A stretch of DNA of 31,374 nucleotides. Source: an uncultured Lentisphaerales bacterium. Its GTDB lineage: Bacteria; Verrucomicrobiota; Kiritimatiellia; RFP12; JAAYLN01. The notes beneath the pieces were generated by a model. The model ran no database searches. It saw only the letters and a list, made by a program, of their open reading frames with translations, and was not told the DNA's origin. Location of the stretch: NCBI GenBank assembly GCA_964649455.1, contig CAZYRQ010000001.1, positions 1 to 31,374 on the forward strand, in the 5' to 3' direction. The position numbers and the translations under genes were made by a program. Shown here one piece after another: positions 23,312 through 31,374 of this stretch. The stretch's first letter is position 1. Each line of letters starts with the position of its first letter.

Positions 23312-24370
23312 ATGAAAGCACGTATCGGCTGCGCCGTCATCGGCTACGGCGGCATGGGACACTGGCATGCGCAACGCATCGCCAAGCATGACGCACTGAC
23401 GTGGATCGGGGCCTACGACATCCGCCCGGAACGTCTCGCGGATCTGCCGGGCGCGCCCGGCGCCCAGGCCTTCGCCACGCGCGAAGCCCTGCTGGCCGAC
23501 CCCCGCGTCGAGCTCATCGTCGTCGCCACGCCCAACGACGTCCACCGGGAGGTCGTCGTCGCCGCCCTGCAGGCCGGTAAGCATGTGATCTGCGAGAAGC
23601 CGGTCGCCATGGACGGCGCGGAGCTCGAAGCGATGATCGCTGCCGCGCAGCGGGCGGATCGGCTCTTCACCGTCCACCAGAACCGGCGCTGGGACGGCGA
23701 CTACCTGCGCATGAAGCGCATCCTCGACGCCAACACCCTCGGCCCCGTCTACGCCATCGAGTCGCGCGTCCACGGCAGCCGCGGCATACCGGGCGACTGG
23801 CGCAACCAGAAGGCGCATGGCGGCGGCATGGTGCTGGACTGGGGCATCCATATCCTCGACCAGGCCCTGATGATGACCCTGCCGCGCCGGGTCGTCGCCG
23901 TCCAGGCCCAGCTCACGCACGTCACCAACACCGACTGCGACGACGGATTCCGGGCGATCCTGACCTTCGACGACGGCCTGACCTTCCTGGCGGAGGTGGG
24001 CACCAGCAACTTCATCGCCCTGCCGCGCTGGTACATGCTGGGCGAGAACGGCTCGGCCGTGATCCACGACTGGAGCTGCAAGGGCGAGATCGTCATGGTC
24101 TCCGACTGGGCGAACCGCGATGCCGTGCCCATCCAGGCCGGCGCGGGCCTCACGAAGACCATGGCACCGCGCACGGACGAGACGATCCAGAAGTTCCCAC
24201 TGCCGGACGTCAAGGCCGACTGGGGCGAGTACTACACGAACGTCGTCGCCGCCATCCGCGGCGAGGATGCGCCGCTGGTGACGCACGACCAGCAACGGCG
24301 CCTGATGAGGCTCGTCGAAGCGGTCTTCGACGCCGGCCAGCGCCAGGAGACTGTCAAGCTGGTGCTGTAG
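23312..24370 (+). CDS. Gfo/Idh/MocA-family NAD(P)-dependent oxidoreductase
   Basis: AVIGYGGMG, VATPNDVH, HVICEKPVA, VHQNRRWD and GGGMVLDWGIHILDQ. Confidence 0.95.
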   Translation: MKARIGCAVIGYGGMGHWHAQRIAKHDALTWIGAYDIRPERLADLPGAPGAQAFATREALLADPRVELIVVATPNDVHREVVVAALQAGKHVICEKPVAMDGAELEAMIAAAQRADRLFTVHQNRRWDGDYLRMKRILDANTLGPVYAIESRVHGSRGIPGDWRNQKAHGGGMVLDWGIHILDQALMMTLPRRVVAVQAQLTHVTNTDCDDGFRAILTFDDGLTFLAEVGTSNFIALPRWYMLGENGSAVIHDWSCKGEIVMVSDWANRDAVPIQAGAGLTKTMAPRTDETIQKFPLPDVKADWGEYYTNVVAAIRGEDAPLVTHDQQRRLMRLVEAVFDAGQRQETVKLVL

Positions 24371-24448
24371 GGGCGATTCAACTTGGGTGAATCGCCGCGG
24401 AAACAAAGAATGCAGGAAAAGTGAGCGTCGGGGGCTCGCATGGCAGCC

Positions 24449-24617
24449 GTGATGGAGTGCGGGGGCAGAGGAGTGCGGGGACAGAGGGTGTCTCAGGCCA
24501 GACTCGCCTGCCCCCTGAACCCTGGCCCCTGAACCCTAGGTGATGGAGTGCGGGGACAGAGGGTGTCTCAGGCCAGACTCGCCTGACCCCTGAACCCTGG
24601 CCCCTGAACCCTAGGTG
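24449..24617. repeat. 75-bp-period tandem duplication containing CCCTGAA-type heptamers
   Basis: 24470-24542 and 24545-24617 differ at one base (24511 C vs 24586 A). A partial third head lies at 24449-24470. Confidence 0.92.
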
Positions 24618-24641
24618 CGTTGCGGCAAAACCGCACCGCAC
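24615..24641. terminator. Hairpin between convergent genes (terminator-like or REP-like)
   Basis: GTGCG-T-TGCGG-CAAAA-CCGCA-C-CGCAC, 6 nt from the stop of the minus-strand gene. No clear U tract. Confidence 0.4.
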
Positions 24642-24647
24642 CCCGGA

Positions 24648-26696
24648 CTAGCGTGGATTGAATTTCTCGCCGGGCTTCAGCACGACCGAGTCTAGGATGC
24701 GGAACTCGGCCGGCGCCAGCTCGATCTGGTCGACGTCGCCGAACTGGTGCAGCACGCAGCGGCGCGGATTCCTGAAATCGATGTTCTGGAGGCAGATGCG
24801 GCCCGCGTCGGGGAAGAACGAGTAGGCGATGTAGTCGCAGTCGGCATCCGGCGCGGCCATGTCCGGCCCGGTGATCCAGACGTGGCCACGCGAGATGGAG
24901 GCGATGTAGCCGTACAGCAGGCCGATCAGCCCCTTGGAATCCACCGTGCAACCGGGACCGAAGTCGGAGTTAAGCGCCCCGGGATAGGCCCAGGAATTGA
25001 TGAAGAAGACTTCGCCCTTGCCCAGCCGGCGCCGGAGGATCAGCGGCCGGAACTGCTCGTCGTCGGCCGCCAGCACCTCGATCGCGCCGGGATCGGTCAG
25101 CTCGATCTGTCCGAGCGGCACCCCCATGATGCCATAGCGGCGCGGCACGGCCAGCCCCAGGGCGTTGGGCGTGAGTTCGTTGCCCGTGGCCCAGTAGAAG
25201 CGCTCGCCGCGGCCCAGCACCTTGACGCCGCACAATTCCGAGAAATCGCCCTGGTGAACCAGATCCGCCACGGTGTAGTTGCGGAAGTTGCGGTTCAGGT
25301 CGCACGACAGGTGGGGAATGCCCAGGCAGAGCCGTCCGCCCGCCCGCACGTAGTCCACCAGAACGGCATACTGCTTCTCGGAACAGGTGTTCCACCCGCT
25401 GAAGATCAGGGCCTTGTAGTTGCGCGCTAGGAAATCGGCGTCGATGCGGTCCTCCGCGAAACTGACGATGTCGACCATGCCGTGAGGCGAGCCGGCCAGA
25501 ACCAGATTCTTGTTGGGCGCCACCACCGGTGGCCGCGGGTAGAAGACCGACCGGACGATCTCCCAGCCGCGCTCGGGGGCGCCCTGGAACCAGTCGGGGT
25601 TCCGTTCCGCCACGGCAAAGGCGCTGGCGATAGGCGATTCGGGGCTGTAGTCGACGCCACACAGGTCGTAGTTGCCCTTGGCCACCGCCACGGTGGCTTC
25701 CGGCTGGCCGGCCGGCGCGGGGTTGGCCTTGACGAAGTCGTAGAAGACGGAGATCTCCTTGCGGTACTTGGCCGCCGTCGGCGAACGGTAGTCGATGTTG
25801 CAGAACAGCTTGCGGGCCTCGTCGATGTACTGGTCCTGGAAGGCCTTGCCGGTATGGCGCAGGCTGGGGGGGGCGCCCACCACGCGCGGCATCGTGTGCA
25901 TGGGCGAATCGGGGCACAGCGACGATTGCAGCGCCCAGTTGCCGCTCTCGTTGATGATGATCTTGGCGCCGGCCAGGTACTTGAGCCGCATGGCGGCCTG
26001 GAGCACCGGGAATTTGAGGGGATTGGCCTGCGGGAACCAGGAATACCACTCGTGCGCCAGGTGCGTGCCCCACAGGGGCAGGTTGTACTGCCGGTAGAGG
26101 CCGCGGGAGAGCGCCGAGGAGATCAACAGGTTGGTTTGGCCGAAATCCTCGTAGAGCGGGATGTCCACCCCGGCGGCCACCTCGTAGTCGATGTGGAACT
26201 TGCCGCCCGTGGTCATGATGTGTCCCCAGCCAGCGGCCTTCCGCTCCCGGACATGGTCGCCGACCTGGCGGAGCAGGCCCTCCGCCAGATCCCGCAGCGT
26301 GGCCTCCCCCGCCTTGACTTCACCCGCTCCGTCGATCCCCTCGAGCCGGAACGTGTAGCGCTCGCCGAAGTCGTAGCCGAGATAGCGTCCGCCCAGTTCC
26401 TTGAAGCGGGCCGCGATCTCCGGCGGGGCCGAGGAGTAGAGGCACATCACGTAGAGCCCCCGGTCGACCGCCGCCCGGAAGAGGTCGAGCAGGTGCTCGC
26501 CGTTCTGCCAGAACTGCAGCGTGTTGCCCTGGTTGGCCTCGACGCAGAGATCGACGGTCTCCCGCGCGGACGGGTAGTCCGGCGCCCAGTACGTGAACGC
26601 CTTGCCGGAGCAGAGCAGCCGCCCGCCATGCTCGTAGACGCCCGAACCCAGGAAAAGCCCGCAGGCGGGAAGCTGAATGTCGGTTGTGCTCATCAT
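24648..26696 (-). CDS. Hypothetical protein, possibly a glycoside hydrolase (TIM barrel plus GATase-like trimerisation-type domain)
   Basis: 682 aa protein-like ORF, aromatic-rich. YKALIFSGWNT..EKQYAVLVDYVRAGGRL and RRRLGKGEVFF resemble the GH42-type middle domain. Function is inference. Confidence 0.6.
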   Translation of the reverse strand: MMSTTDIQLPACGLFLGSGVYEHGGRLLCSGKAFTYWAPDYPSARETVDLCVEANQGNTLQFWQNGEHLLDLFRAAVDRGLYVMCLYSSAPPEIAARFKELGGRYLGYDFGERYTFRLEGIDGAGEVKAGEATLRDLAEGLLRQVGDHVRERKAAGWGHIMTTGGKFHIDYEVAAGVDIPLYEDFGQTNLLISSALSRGLYRQYNLPLWGTHLAHEWYSWFPQANPLKFPVLQAAMRLKYLAGAKIIINESGNWALQSSLCPDSPMHTMPRVVGAPPSLRHTGKAFQDQYIDEARKLFCNIDYRSPTAAKYRKEISVFYDFVKANPAPAGQPEATVAVAKGNYDLCGVDYSPESPIASAFAVAERNPDWFQGAPERGWEIVRSVFYPRPPVVAPNKNLVLAGSPHGMVDIVSFAEDRIDADFLARNYKALIFSGWNTCSEKQYAVLVDYVRAGGRLCLGIPHLSCDLNRNFRNYTVADLVHQGDFSELCGVKVLGRGERFYWATGNELTPNALGLAVPRRYGIMGVPLGQIELTDPGAIEVLAADDEQFRPLILRRRLGKGEVFFINSWAYPGALNSDFGPGCTVDSKGLIGLLYGYIASISRGHVWITGPDMAAPDADCDYIAYSFFPDAGRICLQNIDFRNPRRCVLHQFGDVDQIELAPAEFRILDSVVLKPGEKFNPR

Positions 26697-27583
26697 GTTC
26701 CTTTTATGTGCGGCGTATCCGCGAAGAAATCGGTGATGGCCGTCCAGGCCTCCTCGGCAGTCTCGGCCCAGGTGACCAGGCCGACATCCTCCGGCGAGAT
26801 CATGCCCTCCTCGGCCAGCGCGTCCAGGTTGATGATGCGGTTCCAGAAGGCGCGCCCGACGAGGATCACGGGCACGCGCGGCACCTTGCGCGTCTGGATC
26901 AGCGTCAGCGTCTCGAAAAGCTCGTCGAGCGTGCCGAAGCCGCCGGGAAAGGCCACCAGCGCCCGGGCGCGCATCAGGAAGTGCATCTTGCGCATGGCGA
27001 AGTAGCGGAAGTCGAAGCAGAGCTCGGGCGTGATGTAGGGATTCGGACGCTGCTCGAAGGGAAGCTGGATGTTGAAGCCGAGGCTCTTGGCGCCGACATC
27101 ATGCGCGCCCCGGTTGCCGGCCTCCATGATTCCGGGCCCGCCGCCGGTGACGACGACGTAGTCGCAGGAGTCGTCGGTCTGGCAGGTCGATGAGACGAGG
27201 CGGGCGAAGCGCCGCGCCTCCCCGTAGTAGCGCGAGGCCTCCGCCTGCCGGCGGGCGCGGGCCAGCCGTTCGGCGGCGGCCGGATCCCACCCGGCGGCGG
27301 CCCGAGCCTCGGCCTCCGCCAACTCGCGCGCGGCCCGCTCGGGGGGCAGTGTGCGAGCGCTGCCGTAGACCACGATGGTCGAGTGGATTTTGTGCGCCTG
27401 CTGCGCCAGTTCTGGCTTGAGCAGCTCGAGCTGCAGCCGCACCGACCGCAGCTCGGGGCGTTCCAGGAAGGCGCTGTCCTGGTAGGCCAGCACATAGGCC
27501 GGACTCTCCATCAGTCGCCGCTGCAGCGCCTGCCGTTCCGCTTCCGCCGCTTCCTCGGCTTCACTCTCGTCCATGGGCGTCAT
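26693..27583 (-). CDS. LOG-family (TIGR00730-like) nucleotide phosphoribohydrolase
   Basis: VYGSAR, TGGGPGIMEAGNRGA, FAMRKMHF and FPGGFGTLDELFE. GGGAG RBS. The stop overlaps the next start (ATGA). Confidence 0.92.
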   Translation of the reverse strand: MTPMDESEAEEAAEAERQALQRRLMESPAYVLAYQDSAFLERPELRSVRLQLELLKPELAQQAHKIHSTIVVYGSARTLPPERAARELAEAEARAAAGWDPAAAERLARARRQAEASRYYGEARRFARLVSSTCQTDDSCDYVVVTGGGPGIMEAGNRGAHDVGAKSLGFNIQLPFEQRPNPYITPELCFDFRYFAMRKMHFLMRARALVAFPGGFGTLDELFETLTLIQTRKVPRVPVILVGRAFWNRIINLDALAEEGMISPEDVGLVTWAETAEEAWTAITDFFADTPHIKGT

Positions 27584-27642
27584 GCTTTATTGCTCCCGCG
27601 CGAATGAGCACCATCGCAGATTGACCGGGCCTTGGCAAGGGC

Positions 27643-27685
27643 ATTTGACTTCCAATTTGACTTCCGGCGCCCGCTTTGGCATCTT
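27643..27685 (+). promoter_or_regulatory. Putative hydF promoter with a duplicated -35-containing 11-mer
   Basis: ATTTGACTTCC at 27643-27653 and 27655-27665. TTGACT (27657)-17 nt-CATCTT (27680), preceded by TGG. Confidence 0.45.
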
Positions 27686-27717
27686 TCCCGCAGACTTCAC
27701 GCGTCCGGGAACGATCC

Positions 27718-28980
27718 ATGATAATCGAGCGCGACCAGATCGGCATCTTCGGCAAGATGAATGCGGGCAAGAGCAGCATCATGAACCTGCTCACCCAGCA
27801 GACGACGTCGATCGTCGACCCGACGCCGGGAACCACAGCCGACACGAAGGTCGCGCTCCAGGAGATCCACGGCCTGGGGCCGGTCAAGCTCTTCGACACC
27901 GCCGGCCTCGACGAGGAGACCGAACTGGGCCGGAAGAAGCGCGACAAGGTCCTCGACGACCTCAAGGCCTGCGACCTCGTGCTGCTGGTGATCGATCCCT
28001 CCACGCGGACGTTCGCCGCCGAGGCGACGATCCTCGACCGCGCCCGCGAACTGGACAAGCCCCTGCTGGCGCTCTTCAATCTCTTCACACCCGGCGCGGC
28101 AAACGACGTCGGCACGGTCGAGGCCGCCCTGCCGCTCCTCAAGTTCCACCCCCGGCACCTCCTCTCGGCCGCCGACCCCGCCTGCCGGCAGCCGCTGCTG
28201 ACGTTCATCCTGGCCCACTACACACCGCGCCGCGTGACGACCGAGCTGCTGCCCTTCGCCGAACGCGACGCCTGCTTCGTGCTGAACATCCCGATGGACG
28301 AGCAGACGCCCTCCGGCCGCCTGTTGCGCCCGCAGGAGATGGCGCACGAGTACCTCGTGCGGCACTGGGCCTGGCCGGTCTCCTACCGGATGGACCTGGC
28401 CCGCGCCCGGAGCGGCGACGAAGTCGAACGGTGCCGTTTCGAGGCCTTCCTGGCCGGCCTCGGCCGGCGGCCGCGGGCGATCATCACCGACTCGCAGGCA
28501 ATGGACCTGATGCACCGCTGGACGCCGGACGACATTCCGCTGACGACCTTCTCGATCATGATGATCCACTACGTCAGCCAGGGACGGCTGGCCGCCTTCG
28601 TCCGCGGCATCGGCGCGCTCGACCGGCTCCAGGCCGGCGACCGCATCCTGATCGCCGAGGCGTGCAACCACTCGCGCATCGCCGAGGACATCGGCACCGT
28701 GCAGATCCCCGCCCTCATCCGCCGCCGCTGGCCCGGTGTCGCCGTGGAGCACAACTTCGGGCGCGAGTTCCAGGAGAACGCGTTGCTGCAGGCCTACAAG
28801 CTCGTCATCCATTGCGGCGGCTGCATGATCACCCCGCAGAAGCTCCAGGCGCGCATCCGTGATCTCGACACCATCGGCGTGCCCTACACGAACTACGGGC
28901 TCTTCCTGGCCTATGCGCAGGGACGCGCGGCGCTGCGCCAGGTGCTGCGGCCGTGGGGCCTCGACCTGCCGCCGGGCTGA
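27718..28980 (+). CDS. hydF: [FeFe]-hydrogenase H-cluster maturation GTPase HydF
   Basis: GKMNAGKSS (G1), PGTT (G2), DTAG (G3), GRLLRPQ, ITDSQA, LTTFSI, and the Fe-S motif EACNH ... IHCGGCM and TNYG. Confidence 0.92.
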   Translation: MIIERDQIGIFGKMNAGKSSIMNLLTQQTTSIVDPTPGTTADTKVALQEIHGLGPVKLFDTAGLDEETELGRKKRDKVLDDLKACDLVLLVIDPSTRTFAAEATILDRARELDKPLLALFNLFTPGAANDVGTVEAALPLLKFHPRHLLSAADPACRQPLLTFILAHYTPRRVTTELLPFAERDACFVLNIPMDEQTPSGRLLRPQEMAHEYLVRHWAWPVSYRMDLARARSGDEVERCRFEAFLAGLGRRPRAIITDSQAMDLMHRWTPDDIPLTTFSIMMIHYVSQGRLAAFVRGIGALDRLQAGDRILIAEACNHSRIAEDIGTVQIPALIRRRWPGVAVEHNFGREFQENALLQAYKLVIHCGGCMITPQKLQARIRDLDTIGVPYTNYGLFLAYAQGRAALRQVLRPWGLDLPPG

Positions 28981-28985
28981 GGGTT

Positions 28986-30371
28986 TTATTTCCCAACACA
29001 GAAGCGGCTGAAGATGGTGTCGAGCAGATCCTTCGACCAGACGCTGCCGGTGATGCGGGCCAGTGCCAGCGCGGCCGTGCGCAGCCGCTGGGCGGCCAGC
29101 ACGAGCCCGTCCGCCGCGCCGCCCAGCAGTTGCCGCGCCTCGCCGATGGCTTCCGCCGCCCGCTCGAGTTCCTCGCGGTGTCGCGCCGCGACTTCGGCAC
29201 CCGTCGCCACGGCGCCCGGCAGGCCGAGGCGGCCGGCCAGCGCCTCGCGCAGCACCGCCAGGCCGTGCCCTTCGCGCGCGGAGATCGAGACTGCCTGCCA
29301 GCCGTCGAGTGCCTCGCGGTCGAGCCGGGACGGCAGATCCGACTTGTTCACCGCCAGCAGCGTGCGCGCCGGCGACAACCGGGCGAGCTGGCGCCCGTCC
29401 TCCGCGTCGAGCGCGCGCGAGCCGTCCAGCAGATGGAGGTTCAGGTCGGCCTGCGCGACGAGCGCGCCGGCCCGTGCGACGCCCTCCGCCTCGATGGCGC
29501 AGGCCGTCTCGCGCAGACCCGCCGTGTCGACCAGGCGCACCAGGAACCCATTCAGCACCAAGCTCTCCTCGATGGAGTCGCGCGTAGTGCCCGGCTGCTC
29601 CGAGACGATGGCGCGGTCGCGCCCCAGCAGGGCGTTCAGCAGCGACGACTTGCCGACATTGGGACGGCCGCTGATGACGACCAGTGCGCCCTCGCGCAGC
29701 AGGTGGCCGGCGTGCCAGGAGCCGATCAAGGCCTGCAGCGGCTCCAGCAGCCGCGCCAGCCGGACGTCGGCCTCCCGCAGAAAGCCGTCCGGCACCTCTT
29801 CCTCGGAGAAATCGAGCAGGGCCTCGATGTCGGCGACGATGGCCACGAGCGCGGCATAGTGCGTGCGGATTTCGGCGCCGAGTCGTCCGTCGAGCTGGGC
29901 GCGCGCGGCCTGCGCGGCCCGGTCGGTGCGCGCCTGGATCAGATCCAGCACGGCCTCGGCCTGGGTCAGGTCGAGGCGTCCGTTGAGGAAGGCACGCCGG
30001 GTGAACTCGCCGGGCGGCGCGAGATGGGCACCGGCGGCGAGAACCGCCTCCAGGAGTCGGCGTGGCGCGGTGCTGCCGCCGTGGATTTGCAGTTCGACCA
30101 CATCTTCCCCGGTGTAGCTGTGCGGGCCGCGGAAGACGAGCAGCAGGCCGTCGTCCAGCACCTCGCCGCTGTGCGGATGCGCGAAGCGGACATGGAGTGC
30201 GCGGCCGACAGCCGCAGCCCAGTCCGGCAGGGGCTGCGGCGGCCGCGCCACGCGGGCGGCGATGGCCCAGGCATCCGGCCCCGAGAGACGCACGACGGCG
30301 ATGCCCGCGGGGCCGAGGGCCGTGGCCACGGCGGCGACGGTCTCGCCGGCCGCGTCCGACCGCGCCCTCAC
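28986..30371 (-). CDS. mnmE: tRNA modification GTPase MnmE (TrmE)
   Basis: [84 protein letters not shown] and C-terminal FSRFCVGK. The GTG start overlaps the upstream stop (GTGA). Confidence 0.96.
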   Translation of the reverse strand: MRARSDAAGETVAAVATALGPAGIAVVRLSGPDAWAIAARVARPPQPLPDWAAAVGRALHVRFAHPHSGEVLDDGLLLVFRGPHSYTGEDVVELQIHGGSTAPRRLLEAVLAAGAHLAPPGEFTRRAFLNGRLDLTQAEAVLDLIQARTDRAAQAARAQLDGRLGAEIRTHYAALVAIVADIEALLDFSEEEVPDGFLREADVRLARLLEPLQALIGSWHAGHLLREGALVVISGRPNVGKSSLLNALLGRDRAIVSEQPGTTRDSIEESLVLNGFLVRLVDTAGLRETACAIEAEGVARAGALVAQADLNLHLLDGSRALDAEDGRQLARLSPARTLLAVNKSDLPSRLDREALDGWQAVSISAREGHGLAVLREALAGRLGLPGAVATGAEVAARHREELERAAEAIGEARQLLGGAADGLVLAAQRLRTAALALARITGSVWSKDLLDTIFSRFCVGK

Positions 30372-31123
30372 TTCGTGCCGGTCTGCGGCGCCATGAGCCA
30401 TGCCAGCACCTGCTGGATATGCGTGTCCCAGAAGCCCCAGGTGTGGTTGCCGGGCGCCTCCTGGTAGACGAGGTCGAGCCCCAGCCCGAGGGCCTGGTCG
30501 CGGAAGGCGTGGTTGTCGCCGAGCAGGAAATCCTCGGTGCCGCAGCACTGGAAGAGGCGTGGACGAGGCTGGGCGGCGTCGGCGGCGAGCCGACGCGCGA
30601 GGAACATCAGATCGTTCGGGGTGCCGGCCGGCGAGCCGCCGTAGACCAGTTCCATGTCGCCGATGCGCTCGCCGCGCTCCCAGCGCGACGCCATGTCGAG
30701 TGCGCCCGAGAGGCTGGCGGCCGCCGCATAGCGCTCGGGATACTTTAGCGCCAGCTTGAAGGCGCCGTAGCCGCCCATCGAGAGCCCGGCCACGAAGGTC
30801 TCGTCGCGCCGCGCGGAGAGGTGGAAGAGGTTGCGGGCGATGACCGGCAGCTCGTCCGCGATGAACCGCTCGTAGGGCAGTCCCTGGTGCATGTCGGTGT
30901 AGAAGCTGCGGTGGACGTTCGGCATGAGGACTGCCAGGTCGAGGCCGTCGGCATACCGCTCGATGCTCGTCCGGCGCTGCCAGATCGAGTGGTCGTCCGA
31001 GAGGCCGTGCAGCAGCCAGAGGACTGGCAGGGCGGGACAGGACGGCTTCTGGGGCAGGATTACGTCCATCGTGCATTGCAGGCCCAGAACCTCGGAGAAG
31101 AAATGCGTGTGCAGCAGCGCCAT
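30368..31123 (-). CDS. Alpha/beta-hydrolase esterase (tributyrin esterase / S-formylglutathione hydrolase-like family)
   Basis: [21 protein letters not shown] (GxSxG), CGTEDFL and [19 protein letters not shown]. Confidence 0.92.
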   Translation of the reverse strand: MALLHTHFFSEVLGLQCTMDVILPQKPSCPALPVLWLLHGLSDDHSIWQRRTSIERYADGLDLAVLMPNVHRSFYTDMHQGLPYERFIADELPVIARNLFHLSARRDETFVAGLSMGGYGAFKLALKYPERYAAAASLSGALDMASRWERGERIGDMELVYGGSPAGTPNDLMFLARRLAADAAQPRPRLFQCCGTEDFLLGDNHAFRDQALGLGLDLVYQEAPGNHTWGFWDTHIQQVLAWLMAPQTGTK

Positions 31124-31171
31124 GATCGTCATCCTTTCGCCCCGCGGAACGGGTGGGGCCCGGTGGTTGCC

Positions 31172-31200
31172 ACTTTGCGAAAAAGCGACGGTGATGTCAA
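31172..31200 (-). promoter_or_regulatory. Putative sigma70 promoter of the esterase-mnmE operon
   Basis: Minus strand TTGACA (31200-31195)-17 nt-CAAAGT (31177-31172). Perfect -35, weak -10. Confidence 0.4.
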
Positions 31201-31374
31201 GGGGGGGATTGCGTGGATAATTGCGTTGCGTCATTGGCGGCGTTCCGATACGCTATGGACAACACGCCGAACGAGGGGGCCAGCCATGATGGGCCCTTCC
31301 CTCGGCCACACCACCCCCCCATCATGGATGCGGCGCCGGGAAGGCGTCCGCGCACGAGAGGATCAATGAACATG

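Noticed and set aside
24449-24617. CRISPR array
   Set aside because: Only two near-identical 75-bp units with no unique spacers, and no cas genes in the window.
28986-31076. MnmE with a 235-aa N-terminal extension, as given in the ORF track
   Set aside because: The extension overlaps the esterase gene in another frame and is low-complexity. The GTG at 30371 gives a normal-length MnmE.
57-31369. Many long alternative-frame and antisense ORFs (e.g. 57-1679 minus, 5655-8573 plus, 10060-11805 plus, 11582-13081 plus, 16336-18459 minus, 25482-27005 plus, 28953-30467 plus)
   Set aside because: They overlap well-supported genes, are Arg/Pro/Gly/Ala-rich without motifs, and are the expected shadow ORFs of high-GC DNA.
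1-31374. RAYT/IS transposase, integrase, prophage, defence-system, tRNA or rRNA genes
   Set aside because: No HUH (HxH...Y), DDE or tyrosine-recombinase motifs in a plausible ORF, and no tRNA or rRNA signatures were recognised. Any enzyme mobilising the repeats must be encoded elsewhere.

Overview
High-GC bacterial chromosomal segment. The gene content and intergenic repeat types suggest an anaerobic PVC-superphylum organism such as Lentisphaerae or Kiritimatiellae (inference). About 21 real genes are present: the 3' end of a rubrerythrin gene and a metallophosphoesterase; an Rrf2 regulator / Fe-S protein / hybrid-cluster protein (hcp) operon; scattered carbohydrate-related genes (secreted beta-helix protein, SGNH esterase, DUF5107-TPR protein, GH36-like alpha-galactosidase, GH123/DUF4091-like protein, secreted TPR protein, two Gfo/Idh/MocA oxidoreductases, a GH-like hypothetical); a thioredoxin-fold protein, FmdB zinc ribbon, HU, PHP-domain and LOG proteins; hydF, mnmE and an esterase. 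I found no rRNA, tRNA, CRISPR array or transposase gene. Two things stand out. (1) The stand-alone HydF maturase looks, from recalled motifs, much more like the green-algal (Chlamydomonas HydEF) type than the clostridial/Thermotoga type, and it lacks the NKxD G4 motif. (2) The intergenic regions are built from several families of REP-like hairpin doublets, three of which recur elsewhere in the window. They include a 100-bp MITE-like element with terminal inverted repeats and a 4-bp target duplication nested inside another doublet, a 400-bp nested inverted-repeat cassette, and a duplicated G-quadruplex-type heptamer repeat. All family assignments come from motif recognition by eye; no database searches were run.
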